Assembly (NCBI RefSeq): GCF_009914755.1
Contig: NC_060925.1
Source of the DNA: the human T2T-CHM13v2.0 reference genome, Homo sapiens
Reading direction: 5' to 3' (one strand)
DNA length: 64,000 bases
Below are positions 42,956 through 60,960 of the stretch, in pieces; within the stretch, counting starts at the first letter, position 1; the number at the start of each line of letters is the position of its first letter. The translations under genes and the position numbers were made by a program. Under the pieces are notes generated by a model, which did no database searches, was not told the DNA's origin, and saw only the letters and a program-made list of their open reading frames with translations.

Positions 42956-44329
42956 CTCTTCTACTGATTCTTATTTATTCCTAGAGCCATGTAAAAATGG
43001 TAAGTCTTATGAGGATGAGGCCAGGTCTGTCTTATTCTCTATTACACCCTCAGCACCCAGCTTGGTATCCAGCAAACAGCTGGTCAAAAATATTGGTCAA
43101 TAAATAAACATTTATGATAGTAACTTTATATTACATCTTTTTTTCTCAACTTAGCAAATTGTACAACCTTTGGAAGTTATTTAGCCTTTGTAAATCTGTT
43201 TCTTCTGTGAAATGAGAAAAATAATTCTTAATAATATTTTTACAAAGATTAAGGACAATAAGTATAAAATAATTAATACACTGGCACATAAAAAGCACTT
43301 AAATGTTCACATCTCTCACGATCATCACCATCATGATCATCATCATTATCTATTCATCATTCATCAACACTACGGAATAATAAATTCAGATATGCTGTTG
43401 TAAGAAGAAGCCAAGTGCAACAGAGCAACACAGCAAGTGTTTTATTGCCTGTGTACACAGTCGGAGGGGTTGATATATAGTAAGAAAAAGTATTTCTGAA
43501 ACAAGCCAGACAACTGTTTTCTGAGTGAAATATTTGTGTCAGGGATTACTCAGGGATATTTCTTATATTCAGGAATTTTTCTTCTTCCCTGATTATTAAG
43601 TATCTAATTGTAGTCTTGAAAACAGAAATAACAAAAGACAAGTCTAGCCTAGAAAGAGGTGTCTATTGATAGGGAACTATATCCCAATGGGCTATTAGTT
43701 ATCTGGCATTTCTTCTGAGATGGTAAAGATCTGGGGAAAGAACTGAAACACACAGTAAATCCAATCTAAATGTTTATATCAGAGACTAAGAGATAAGAAT
43801 AAGAAATGCGTAAGGTCCTTCACAGTCCAAAGCTTCTATATTTCCCTCCTATACTTAATATCAGTCAGTAACAAGAAATGAGGTAAAATTTATTTTTGCC
43901 TGATTCAATGGTCTATAATTTTTTAAAGTCCAAGTTTCCCATGATAGAAAAAAATTAACTTATTATATAAGTACCACAAGGAAATACATAATTGCTACAT
44001 AAATAATAAAGGTTATCTTGAAAGCAATGGCAAATTGAACTTCAAGGCAAGCCAATTCCAAGAGTAATGTCTCTGTTTTTCAGCTCCATTTTTAAAGATC
44101 TGGATTCTGGCCACAACCTTGTGGTGAGTCTACTGAAATGGGTCTGACCACAGTCTGTAATATGAACTACCAAAACTGTGCCTTCCCTTATGGAGTTAGA
44201 TTCCATTAATGCAGAGTGATTAGATTATCTGCTATGTATAAAGCACCATTCCAAGGACCAATGGGGATTCAAATCACAGCCCTACTCTCAAGGACCTTCT
44301 GATCTTGAGGGAGGAATAAACCCCCTTGA

Positions 44330-47070
44330 CTCCAAACCTCTCTCCAGATAGTGTGCCCTTTTTCTGCTCCCTGCTTGAAAGAACTGTCTTCACCTCCCAT
44401 TGCCTCTTAAACCCACAGCAGTCTGGCTTCTGCTCCCCAACACACCACTGAAAGTTTCTTGTCAATGTCTCTAAAAACAAAAAATAACCACAATTTCCTG
44501 TTTTCTCAGCAGCGAGCAACACAGTTGCTCACAATGGAAATGCTCTCCTTGCTCTTCCCTTGTCTCCCGACGCCTCCTCTTTGCCCTGCCTCTGAGTGTA
44601 GCGCTCCTGGGGCCTCACTGTTAGCACTCATTTCCCGCTCTACACATTCTATTTAGGAAGTGTTACCCAGTCCCTTGGCGGTAAATATCATCTCTATGTT
44701 GATTATTTTTCAAATCTGTATCCCTAGCTTAGATTGTTCCTTTAAACTCCCCACACCTATATCCAACTATCTACTCAACATCTCCACTTTGATATCTAAA
44801 AGGAAACTCCAAACTACTATGTGTAAAACTAGGTGTTCGGTTTCCCTACCAACTATCCTCTTTCATCCTTCATCTCAGTCAGTGGCACCTCATACGCCTC
44901 TGGTTCAAACCAGATAATCAGGCATCTCCCTTGATTCCTCCCCCATCCTTACGCCTCTACCCTAAAAATGAACTGATCATTAAATCCTATCAAAATCTAT
45001 CCATGATTCTCCATCTTTACTGCCACCACCATCTCTTGACTGGGTGACTGAAATAGACACCGAACCTCTCATTTCTATTTTTGTCCTTTCTTTGATCTAC
45101 TTTCCATCCAGCACTCAGAGAAACCTTTTGATAAAGTAATTCAGCATATCTTTTTATATGTTTTGTGAACTCTGTTAATGTTTTATACCTCATGTTGGTA
45201 TAAATTATTAAATCAGCAAGGACGGAGGAAAAGCTAAAATTATATAGCTACAAGTGAACCTAACTATATATCAAATGATAGCATAACCACAAAGATGAAC
45301 CAAAAAATAATTGGAAAATAATTCATCTAAGTAACTTTTGAGCATGTTACTCTGGCAGTACATTACTGGTGATGCGTATTCTAAAAAAAAAAAATAATAA
45401 TAATAACTTCTAAACAGTCTTGAACTTTTCCTTAAAGATTTGTCTATGGTGGTGTTATGGGAGTAGTAATTCGTGTATATATTTTAGGACTGAGAAATGA
45501 TATTGTTGTGAGCTAGAGTTCTCACTGTGGGAGAAGGGAGATATAAATATGAAATAATGGAAGGAGAGAAAGAGTCCTTTGATATGGATTGGATTGAAGG
45601 TCTCAGAATAAACTTTAATTGATTATTCAATCATTCAATCTATAGATTGATCAATCTTTTAGCTGTGTCTACTGAAAGGGGCTAGAGGCAAAGACAACTA
45701 GTAGCAACAAATGCAACTACTGCAGCTCTAGATTTTGGTTTCCAAATGTAATTCCCCACCAAAAGGATCATGGCTCCTTGGTGAAATGGCTGATTCTTCC
45801 AGGGCTGGGGCAGGGAAAGTACGAGCTAAGCCAGGAATATCTTGTTGGGTAGAAAGCAACAACGTGCTCACAAACTGATGAGGATATATCCAAGAAAACT
45901 CATGGATATATCCACGAAAAGGTCTCACTTGCCAAATTTTTGATCATTTGAACATCAAAAAGAATGATGATAGGAATAGATTATACTCCCATTGAATTAA
46001 AAAATGAATTTGTGGGACCACACTAAAAAGTGCAACAAAACTATGAGGACGGGGGAAAAAAAAACTCTTCTTTACAGAATAGTACCAATTAATAAAGGTA
46101 GGAAGAAAATTAGAAAATTACCATTTTGCAACCACCATTGTAATGATTATTTTAGTCCAGAATCATCAATTTATACTATAACTATTGGGTGAAAGACTTT
46201 TGGAAATACAATATAAAGAGTTTCCAGGTTTCACTCCACAGATTACTCACTAAACACAAAGGGGAAAATTGGTAATTTTACAATAGGGACATCTGGCTGA
46301 CACTACCTTAACCAATGATGCGGGTTGGGGAGAGGTGGGAGAATTCTGTCCCTCTGATATGATGGATGACAAGGACACAACACTGACACAGAGGCTTAGA
46401 TAACTCATTTTAGAATAAGAACAATCAAGATAGGTGGCAACTAAAAGCCATGTTTGATCCTTGTTTGAATCTTGGATACAGAAAAACAAAACCAAAAACC
46501 CCAGCTCTCTAAGACATTACTGGCTGGCATAACGGAAATTTGGATAGGAACGATATATTAGACAATACCATCATATGAATAACTTTTCTGGGTGTGATAA
46601 TTACATGGGAGAATGTTCTTTTCCTTAAGAGACACCTGTTGAAGTTTTCAGGGGTCATGTGTCTTGATGTCTCCCATATATTCTTAAAGGGTACAGCAAA
46701 ACTAGTCAGACTCTCACACACCTTACAGCTTTAATACATGCTGTTCCCCTTGCTTAAAATGCTGTTCCTCCTCTATTCACCTTTGCTTGGCTAACTCCTA
46801 CTCATTCATCAGACTTCAGATTAGAAGTTACTTCCTCCTCTGGGAAGCCTTCCCTAAGTACTAATGCCAAGATTCCATCTCCCATCTTTACTGTACAGCA
46901 CCTGCACTTCCCCTATGGTAACAATGATCACGGTGTTATTCATGCCTGTTTATCTGTTAACTGCATGGGAGAAGACATCAATCCATCTTGTTCTCCTGCT
47001 GCCTCCACAATATCCAGCAGAACATCTGGCACTCAGTCTGTTGTCATAGACATAAGTGCTCTCCAACAAA
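44330..47070. mobile_element. L2 fragments (~44330-45130, ~46720-47070) split by an old L1M fragment (~45140-46700)
   Basis: L2 motifs (caaatctgtatccctagc, atatccaactatctactcaacatctccactt, gggaagccttcccta). L1MC/MD-like motifs lie between. Boundaries approximate. Confidence 0.6.
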
Positions 47071-47431
47071 CATGTCCAGTTAGTCTCTCAGGCACAGGGT
47101 AGAATTGCACTATCCTTCCCCTTTGAAGTGAGGTGTGCTCATGCAACATTCCCTGACAAAGCAGTCTGAAGGCAAGAAGTATTTGCCATTTCCAAGCAGG
47201 AGCCTCCAGAGCCACAGCATGACACCCACTCAGTGTCCCTCAACCATAGTGACTGGTATGATCATCCAGGGTCATGGGGGGGATGATAGCAAGTAATGCT
47301 CCCAGTCAACCCAAAATGAAGACTCAAACAGTCCGTGTTCCTAACTACCTATAATGAGCAGGACCCCCTGCTAACCATACCCCTGACATCCCAATGGACC
47401 ATGTTGGACATGTAGTATAAATAAAAAATAG

Positions 47432-48157
<726 letters not shown>

Positions 48158-48617
48158 TTAAAAATCATCTGAAAACCTAAATATTCTTCAATAGTGACTA
48201 GTCAAATAAGTTGCCCTTTATAGAAATATTGGAATACCATGCAGACATGAATAATGAGGAGGCTCTTTGTGTCATGATCTCCAAGATGTTCCATCAAGAG
48301 GGACAACAGGGCTATGTATGCATAAATGATTACACATTTGTATAACATTTTTAATGAAAGTGTTGACCAAGGAACCAAGGTAGGATGGATAAGAGATTCC
48401 AATGCAAATTTCTGGGACAAAAAAACATTTCTAGATAGATTATGAGGATGAGTTACATGATCCTAAATTCCTTACTCAAAATGATGTAATAGAATTTAGA
48501 AAAAAAGGGTATATGAAGATTTTTGGAAAGGCCTGCTGGTGTGCAGCTAGTCCTGTGTCCCATCCTCTTCCTCAGTCAGAAGAGAAGCGCTTCAGTGGGA
48601 CCACTTAGAAACTTATA

Positions 48618-48735
48618 AGTCCCCTACCATTTGGGTGGGGGTAGAAGGCACCTAATATGAGTCCCCTACCATTTGGGTGGGGGTAGAAGGCACCTAATAT
48701 GAGCCCCCTACCATTTGGGTTGGGGTAGAAGGCAC
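48618..48735. repeat. 42-bp tandem repeat, about 2.8 copies
   Basis: Unit AGTCCCCTACCATTTGGGTGGGGGTAGAAGGCACCTAATATG. Confidence 0.95.
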
Positions 48736-49695
48736 AGTGGACTGCTGTCTGATTCCCTCCTAGAAAAGGTGAAAGATCAGAGACTGGCTGGCTAGCTGCT
48801 CTGATGGAGGTATGAGCTTGGCCTGCCCTCCTAGAGTGTGGTGGGGAAAGGAATATGTGGACGTTGACATGGACTATGTACGCGAGAATCTGTATAGATC
48901 TGCTTTAGATCATGTCTGAATGGGCTACGGAGCAGAGGAGACTGGCACAGAAGAAAGCTGGAGGTGGACAGAGTATGCAACCAGACAGGGCAAAGACACA
49001 GCAGCCCTCATCAAGACAAGCGCCAGAGAGACAAGGCTGGCAAGGAGAACAGAGTCTCTGAGGGTGTGGAAAGGCAGCTCTCCAGAGAATCAACTAGGAA
49101 CACGTGCCATGCTCTGAAAGCCCAAGGCCCCCTTACCACCGTGACAGTCAACAAAGAATCTTCCTGCTCTCCAAAGCCAAGGACATCAGAAACATCAGTC
49201 AACGCATGAGGGAGGAAGAGAGCAAGAAAGACTGTGCCATCCTCATGTCCCTTCCTACCTGGAAATGACTGGATGATGGTAGCTTTGATTATGCCAAGGA
49301 ACTGCACATTCTGCGATCTAAATCAAGTCTGTATTTTGTTGCTAAAAGCCATCATAAAATTTGTATAAGCTGTGATCTGAAGTCATGGGCGTTACCCATA
49401 TTTTTATCTGGGATATGGGAAGAAAACTCCTGTCCAAGGCAAATTGAAAGGAACAGTGGAAGACAAATAAAGTTGCTTTATGATTACACTCAGGACCCCT
49501 TACATTCAAACTTCCACTCACATGTGTATAAAATACCACTGCAAGAAAACACAAGAGGCTGTGTATAGTGGTTCCATCTCAAGTGGGAAACTAGAAATAA
49601 GTGTGAGAGGGAAGTTATATTTTTATTATATGTCCTTTTGTACATTTTTAGTGTTTGTATGTCTTCATGCCAATGTGCAAGGAATATATACCCAT

Positions 49696-50057
49696 TGGTA
49701 TGGTTTGGCTGTGTCCCCACCCAAATCTCATCTTAAACTGCAGCTCCCATAATTCCCACAGCTCATGGCAGGGACCCAATGGGAGGTAATTGAGCCATGA
49801 GGCAGGTCTTTCCTATTCTGTTCTCATGATAGTGTATAAGTCTCATGAGATCTGGTGGTTTTATAAAGGGGAGCTCTCCTGCACAAGCTCTCTTGTCTAC
49901 CACCATGTAAGACGTGACTTTGCTCCTCATTTGCCTTGTGCCATGACTGTGAGGCCTCCCTAGCCATGTGAAACTGTGAGACCATTAAACCTCTTTCCTT
50001 TATAAACTACCCAGTCTTGGGTATTTCTTCACAGCAGTATGAAAATGGACTAATATG
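49696..50057 (+). mobile_element. THE1 (THE1C/D-like) MaLR solo LTR
   Basis: tggtatggtttggctgtgtccccacccaaatctcatctt...gaaaatggactaata; 5-bp TSD CCCAT/CCCAC. Confidence 0.92.
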
Positions 50058-51165
50058 CCCACATTGTAAAATGACCTGTTAGAAGTGATATGGCTGAGCA
50101 GGTAAGAACTCCAATGCTTGGGCTTTAATCCTAGTCAGGCCATGACTAGCCATGTATTCATAAGCATGTTAACCTACCTCTCTTTGCTAGTTTCATTGAC
50201 TGTAAAATGGGAATAATGATGGTGCCTCACTGGGGCACTATGAAGGTGAGATGATTTCTTTCTTGCAAAGCTCTTACAAAAAAAAAGTGTCTGCCTCATA
50301 TGTGCTCAGAAGCGTTGGCTGTGATTCTTACCTATTCCAATAATAGTAACATAATACAATTGTAAATGCTAAAGGAAGAAAATGCACTAGACAAAAAATG
50401 TGGAAAAATCTGAATACCATTAAAAGTGAGTCCATTTTCTTCTTGCAGAGGACATAGGAAGGAGATTTAGAGAAGACGATATAGCAATAAGATATTTAAT
50501 GTTTAAAATTTACCATTTAGGAGACCAAATGATTAAAGCCAGAAAATAACAATCACCTAGTAAGTATTAGCTTCTACACAAAAGAAGTAACACCAAGTGA
50601 ATTAGATTGTTCAATTAAAACAAAAATAATAGGGTATTAAAGTATTAGACATTACCCTTGGGAAAAATACCATGTATCTGAGGAGTGAACCATTCAAAAT
50701 ACAGCCAATCACTAATGGGGGGAAATCTCAAGAAGCCCTGAGAAAGCTGGGAGTGGGGCAGGAGACATAAGTTTAACTACTAGAAAATTTGTCATGAACT
50801 TGTAATACCAGAATGGAAAGAAAAAACAAACACAGAAACACAACCTGAGGACATAAATCCTGCCCACCGACATGCATGTATCTAATGGCAGAAGACAAGG
50901 ATAAATGGGAGGAGCTGTGCAGAAAGAGAGCAACTGACTCAAGAAAATAATTATCAATTTGAAAAGACTGTTGCCCCAGCAACAAATGAAGGTACTCCAG
51001 GAAAGCAGAGCCCTCCACACAGGCAAGCCCTCTGCACATGCCGTCCACAGAGCCATCCGGAGAAGCAAAAATTGAGAGACAACTGCATGGGATGGCATTC
51101 AGCCCAAATCTGGAGGGACTGAGTCTGTAGTTCTTTTGGAGGCCCAGGACCCAGGAAAGATGCCC

Positions 51166-52034
<869 letters not shown>

Positions 52035-53613
52035 TCAAGGTTCTGGGAGTCAAAGGAAAGAAAGCATGGACTATGTGATCCATTAACAGAGAAAGCCTTT
52101 CTTTTGAGGAAACTGGATAACAATGCTAGGACTGACTAGAACAGAGGTAACCTTTTGAGAATGGCAACGTGCCAAGCAGTTCAAGAGAATAACAACAATC
52201 ATGTGGAATGGGCCAAGCCTGCTATGCGAGGCTGCGCAGGTTGCATGCTGCACAAAGGTCTCCTGCTGACAGGATTAAATGGGCCAGGAAAGGCTGCCTC
52301 TTTGGAGAGGCTACCTTTCCATAATTTACACTAAGTCATCTTATATGTTAAAAGTAGGAGAGGAAGTCTAGGTGAAGCCTGGGGGGCGGGGGGAAAGAAG
52401 TAAAGGAGGAAGGAAGGGTGGTCAAAGAAATGCAAAACCTTAAATTCTACTCTCAAACCTGAATATCCAATTGGACCTTCATTTCTTAGGCCTCAGGAAG
52501 GGGGTTGGGGTATTAGGGGGTTAGGGGTATGAAGGAGTAGAATAATCCAAGATGCCTAGAGCATGGGGCCCACAACCAGAGCTCCATGGCAACTTTCTTC
52601 AAAATGTATATTTAAATTTCTATCAAACTGTAATTTATTATGCAAGGTGAAATATGTAGGAAGAAACAGACCGATGTGTGCAGTTTACTTTGAAATGCAT
52701 CAAGAAAATAAAGTAGAATAAGGGATCGCTAGAAGGATGGACAAATGGATAGAAAGGTGATAAAGCAAGTAGAGTAAAATGTTCATGGGGTAAACTCAAA
52801 GTGCTATGTATATAGCTGCACACAGTAAAATTATTTCAGCTTTGTTGTATGTTTTAAACTTTTTATAGTAAAATCTTGGGAAAACATTGATTGAAAAAAG
52901 AGGAATCGAGATCTAAGAAAAAATAATGACACACCAGAATGGGAAACGGCTGCAGACTGTCATAGAAATGTCACCAATTAGCTGTAATAACAATTAGAAT
53001 GTGTTGGGTGCTTACTATTTGCCTAGTGCTATGCTAGTGCTTGACAGATAATCCTATTAATTATAATTATAGCAATTAGAAATGATGTAGGTCTTATCAA
53101 AGAAGGTCTCTAAGATTAAATTTTAAAAAGCAGAACTGGAAACAGAACAAGTCTGGCTAAAGTTAAAGGAAAGGAAACAGAAAGCTCCAGCCATAGAACG
53201 AAAGACAGGCTTTCTGTCCACAAGCGGGGAAAGGGCTGCCCATACAAACATATATGCCAGGCCTGGAAAATTAAGTCTAATGTTGCCCGGCATGGGGTCT
53301 TGAAGGATGTGAAAGTTCCAACCCATTCTTCCCACCACTCAACTCTTCCTCTCCAGTGGAGTTGACCACAATGCCACTGGCATAATCATAATTCCACTGC
53401 AGGTGGCTCCACGGTTTCACAGCCTTCAAAGTGCTCTTATATGTAGTATGTCAGGCAGCATAATGTCCTGGAAGGGCCAAAGACTCGGATGCTACAGGAC
53501 CTCAGCTAAATGCTGGATTTTACCACTGACTATAGATGACTGTGGGCAAATAGCTGACTCTCCCTGGACCTCAGTTGCTAAACCTATAAAATGAAAGTGT
53601 TATCCCCATTTTA

Positions 53614-54307
<694 letters not shown>

Positions 54308-54545
54308 ACTCTTTCCAAGTTATCCAAATTGACTTACTGTTTTCAGTTGTACATTTCCAAACATTTCTCACAAATATATACATAGTTTATAAATGCTAAT
54401 TAATCACTATTTTCCACATTATCACCCAGATCTAAGTACATTCTAGGGATTATAAATAAATTTGCCTCAATAATTAATAATAAAAATATTTAAAATACTC
54501 AAAGTATCTGTTATATTAAAAAGTGGATCCTTTCAATAGTGAAAC

Positions 54546-54877
<332 letters not shown>

Positions 54878-57506
54878 TAAACATGTTTAAACTAAAATTG
54901 TAAACAAAAAGAAAACAGAAAAGTTCACAGAACTTTGACTAAGCCCCTGCTGTCAGTAAGCAGTCAGGTATCTTCTTGGAACAAATGATTGTAAATGAAC
55001 AAATTGAAAAAGACATTAACAATCACAGGCAACACTGAAGTGCAGAGGAATATATTTAAGCACGAAGATCTGAAGAACAAAGCCTCCATTTGGGGAAGAG
55101 GGCCTTTTATTTCAAGGGCACTTTCAGAAACCAGAAGACCAAAGCAAGAAAAAAATAACCTGTCATGTTTTTAATAACGCAGGCTATATATTAAAAAGTA
55201 GCATAACAGTAACTGTACCCACATACAATTATTCTATAATAGTTAAAGGCATGCTGGCATAGAGATATAACAATTTGGGCATATCTGTTTTTTTTTAAAG
55301 TCTGATATAAAAGCAAAATTATTTAAGGTCTCAGACTTTACTTTCTAAAATTTTGAGATTTAGCTGAAAATTACATTTAAATATCATCAAAAAGCAAATT
55401 AATGAAGGACAATTTCCTACTCACAAACACAAGATCTAAATCAAGCTACTCAATAAAGCATAGTTAGGTAGAAATTAAGGGTTCTGACCATACGTAGACA
55501 TCAAATCTTAAGTAGAGTTTTATAAAAATGAGCCCATATGCATAGGAAAAAACATCTGCAGGAACACAACATTAAATGCGAATGTGGTGGTTTCTGAGGA
55601 GTGGAATTATAGGTGGAAAATATATTGCTTTTATTCTTAGGAAATATTCAAAAAGTATAGTGAGGTAGACTATTTAATGCTAGTTGGAAAAGAAAGAGAC
55701 ACACAAGTTAATTATATATGAGATCAGTGTTACCAAATGCAGAGCACTCTGCTATGTACAAGGAAAAACCAAGATGAATAAACAACATAAAAATCCATGC
55801 CCTCAAAAAAGCTTATGATCTAGACATAGAAGTGAAATACATGTTCCAACAACTAAGTACCAGACAGAATTCGAAAAGTACTATTAATGCTAATAGTCTA
55901 ACTACAGAATGCTGTAAAACTAATAGTAAATACAGAATGGTATAAGGGCAAGGGAGAAGAGAAATTAATTCTAGCTAAATCAGAAAACATAAGGATGGAG
56001 AGATTTTAGAAGATGGGGAAGGATTAAAAAGGGCTATCTCTTACTGAGCACTCTCTGTGTGACAGGTACTAAGAAGTACTTTCATCTATTAATTCACTCA
56101 GTTCTCATATTCACCCTATAAGGGAGGTACTGTAATTATCCCTGCTTTACAAACAAGGAAGGTGAAGCTTGCTCAAGCTCATATTAGGTCTAGTGAGCAG
56201 CAGAACCAGGATTTCACCCTGGTGAGGGCTGTGCTCCTCATGACTTTGCTATGCTGTCCCTCTAGGAAAAGAGAAACCACTGGGGCCCATAGGCTAAGGA
56301 AAAATGGGTTAAGAAAAATGGTGCGGAGAATCAGAAAGAAGAAATAAACTTGCATTTATTGCAGGGTTTCCAAGCAGTTTCTGTATTTAATGCTTTTTAT
56401 ATATAATTTTGGTTAATTTTTCTGTGAAGTGGTGATTGTGATGATCACATCCGTTTTAATGATATGAATGCTAAGTTTTAGAAAAGTTCAGTATCAGACC
56501 AAACAGCTAATAAGTAGCAGAACAGAATTGTAAACCCAAGGCCTGAGTCCAATCTCAGGTCAAGACAGACCTGTGGCTTTATATGTACTATCTCATTTAA
56601 TCCCTAAAACAATCTGTAAATCTGGTACTATTACTTTTTCTCATTTTACAGATAAGAAAATGAAAAATGAGATATGGTAAATAACCTCCCCAAGGTCACA
56701 GAACTGGTAACCAGTAGACCCAAAATTTAACCTAGGCATCATGACTTCACACCCAGAGTTCTGACCCTTTGGATACACTGCCGGAAAAAGAGTAAAGAGA
56801 AACCCAATCACAAATGTCAAACTCGGAATCCATCAGTCATGCAAACTCATTGACGATTTTTGCTGTAAAAAAAATGATCAAATAATGTGTTAGGAATAAA
56901 GTCCTCCAACCGACATACCAAAATTAGATTCTTGGCACGTAAAGTTTAATAAGACATGGAACACCTTACCTGTACAGCTTTTCAAAGCAGGTAAACCATT
57001 GTTTTAATTACGTATAATTTACCTAAGAAGGCCATCTATGTAGTTCTTCAGCAAGCACTCACTTACCATAACCCCACTAAAATGTCAAGCCCCATCTAAA
57101 TGTTGTAATACTTTGTTTAGCATAAAGTACATTAGATTTATCCATTATTATATCTTCCTACAGATTTCTATACATAGTGGTGTAGAAATTACAATGTAAC
57201 TGATAACTGAACTGCCTTCTCAAAGCAAAACAAGAAAGAAGGTGAGGGGGGAAAAAGGGGACAATAACTGAAATGAGTCTGCTTTTTACATTTCGTTTTT
57301 CCTCTTGGCTACAATCTACAGCATTTCACACCAAACATTATCCCAAGCTACCCAGCTCTAAGGCCTAGAGTTACCCACCTACAAAACAGGCTGCAAGCTC
57401 CCTGCCACAAGCAGAGTGACTCATCCTAACATCCGGCATCAATTCTTAATGAGTCCCCGAGCCCCCGCAGTCCTGTCTACTTCTTTTCTTTTCCAGTGAA
57501 TCCTCA

Positions 57507-58100
<594 letters not shown>

Positions 58101-58206
58101 TCAGAGGCGGCTGCTCAGAGGTTGCTTCCGAGGCTCCTCCCAACGCCCGCCCAGTCCCTCCTTAGCCTTCGCTGGGGGCCAGAAGGATTTCTGTGAGTGC
58201 CTCCAG

Positions 58207-58400
58207 CCTTTTCTTTCTCTCTTTCTCTTTTTCTCTCTTTCTTTCTCTCTCTCTTTTTCCTTCCTCCTCCCTCCCTCTCTCTCTCTTTCTTCCTTCCTTC
58301 CTTCCTTTCTCTCTCTCTCTCTCTTTCTTTCTCGCTCTTTTTTTCTTTCTTTCTTTTTTTTTTTTTTTTGCCTCTCCCCTCTTCCCTTCCCCTTCTCTCT
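58207..58400. repeat. CT-rich polypyrimidine/polypurine low-complexity tract ((TC)n, (TTTC)n, (TTCC)n, Tn)
   Basis: About 190 bp of almost pure pyrimidine on the + strand, immediately upstream of the CpG island. Confidence 0.95.
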
Positions 58401-60960
58401 GATCCTCCTGTTAGGGGACGTGCAAGGGTGTTCTCATGCAGAAGGCACAGACCCAGGACACGTTCCTTGTCCTTGTCCTTTTTTGCACCCAAGTATTTAC
58501 CTCATACAAGGTCCTGTCACACAGCACTCAAAGTAATTTCTTCTCCTGAGCACTTCCTGCACGACTTCATTCTCCTTAATTAAGGGCTGACCCCAGACGT
58601 TCTATTAATCTAAGCTCTACCTGGTCCTCTGCCACTGATCTTCTGTCCTCCCTGACTGTTTCTCCTCCACTCCCTGTTGTCCAACTTGGTGGAGAAAGAA
58701 GATAACCACCTTCCTGATAAAATTTTAGGAGCTTCAGTTAGCCTTAGTTTTTTATCTCTTTCCTAGAACATAATCCCAGGTATTTAACTGGCTATATAGA
58801 ACATTAGTCTAAATCTCTCTATGCTGTTTAGACAGGAAGACCCACTGGACAAAAAATTAATAATCTTTAAGCTATTATATATTTTATCATTTACAGTGGA
58901 TACAGTTTAGATTCTCTTTTGAGAGTGGGTTTTGGAAAGGGAAGAGATAAAAAGGAGCTTGTCTTCCTTTGGGATGAGGAGCAGAAGCCCTGTGTGAGCT
59001 AGAGCCTTAGGGAGAGACAAAGATTAGAGGGCTCCATGATTCCCAACACGCCTTCCCTGCATCATCCTTACCTGGTCTGTCCCAACACATCACACTCCTC
59101 TGACTTGTGTGCCTGCCTGTGTCCTGGCCATGTTCTGGTCTGCAGCAGCACTTACTTATGGCTGCCCTAGTCAGGCCCAGTAAAGGCACACCAGCCTTCC
59201 CAGGCTGAAACGAAGATAAGGACAGGCCCATCATGAGGAGAGGGCCCAGGACATGAAAGGCCACTGAGTTACAGCAAAAGCCTCACTATGGTGTGTCTGC
59301 CATCAGCTATAACCACTCTTCCTTCTACTTTACATTCATCAGTAGGAATGAATCATCAAAATGGAATATGGCTGCTTTCTGTACTGGAAGAGTAATTTTC
59401 TTAAAGACACAGCTTGTAAACAAATGGGCTTTTTTGTATATCTGCTCAAAATGCTTGTAACCTACCAGGTGCTGTATAAGTGTTTAATGGGTTAATCAAC
59501 CAATCAACTCCACATTAAAGGAGCGCCGTCACGTGCATGGGTATAGGAGGAAAGGTCATGCAACAGTCTGTTCCCACATGGAGGTTGTGTCCTTGTTCAC
59601 TTGTCCTGATTCATCAAATATTTACTCAACACCTTCTGGGTGTCAAGCATTTTGCAGAAGACTAAGAAAGCAAATGTAAGTCAAATATAGTCCCTACCAT
59701 GAAGGAGTTAATAAACCACAAGAGGAGGCAGGAAAATCAAAGACTTGCAATAAAATGTGCTGCCTGTTATCATATTGTAGAAATGGACACATATCCAGAT
59801 ATATGGAAGCACTGGGGCACTGTGGAGTGCAGAAGACGTGTAAGTCTGTGAGGGAGGGGTGGTGTCAATAAGCACCAGGGAACTGGGTCTTAAAGCTAAA
59901 TATTAGCTCTCAAGGCATGTAAGTGGGAATAGTTCTCCAGGCACATGTATATGTGGAAAGAGGAGCATCGCAATTTGGGGAAAATGTCAGGATAGTCTAA
60001 CATGTCTGGAAGGTAGGGCTGGGAATGGGAGAAACGGAACAGTAGGAAACTTAATGAGATAAGCAAAGGTCAGTCTCCTGGGCCATACAAAGTTCTTCAG
60101 ATCTTATCCTAGGCAATGGACAAGAACTGGAAGGCTGAAGCATGCATGTGACATGATCGATAGTACAGGGGCAAATGCTGAACACCTGAACCAGCAGGAA
60201 GGGACAAAATGTTGAGGGATCATATATGATCTTAAGGCTTAGAGATCAATTCAATGTGGAGATAAAGGGATAAGGAATGTAATGATTTTCCATTTTGGGT
60301 TGAGATGACTATACTGTAAAACTAATCCATTTATAAGATATAGGAAGATTAGCAGTGAAAGATGACTACACTGAATTTGAGTTGCTGAGGGACTTTGCAA
60401 GCCATCAGGGAGAGAATGTTTCTGAAGCTTAGGGGAGGTTTCTGAAATAGGATTTATACTTGAGAGAGATCAGCAGATAGTCCCATAAAACGGGATGATA
60501 ATGTCCCAGAAAAAAGTGAAGCCAAGAGGGCTGTGAATTACAAGGATTAAACACACAAGCAGGACAAAAGAGGGAGGAAAGGAGGAAAATAAGGTGAATC
60601 TGAAATTAGCAAATAAATGGGGAAAGAACAATTCAAGAAGGACGTGATTAATAGTGTCAAGTGCCATAGGAGAGGCCAAGTACAAAGGTTGTTATTAGGA
60701 CACAGCCATTAGGAGTGACCTAATGTGACATAGCCTCAGCCATTTTGAGGATTAAAGATGATAAAGTGGGCAGGTGCCTAATTGTGTTGTATTACAAAAG
60801 ATTGAATGTGTAGTGAATGCAAAAGTAGAGGGAGGCAAAGTCAGCTGCTCCTTAGAGGAGCCTGGCCATGGAGGTGAGCGTGATCTAAATGCAGGTGCAA
60901 TGGTCAAGAAAGTGTTTGTTTTGACTGATTGGCTTTTAATATTAAAACCTAAGTATGCTG

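Noticed and set aside
43315-43370. His-rich ORF 43212..43403
   Set aside because: It comes from a (CAT)n microsatellite at the tail of a MIR-like element.
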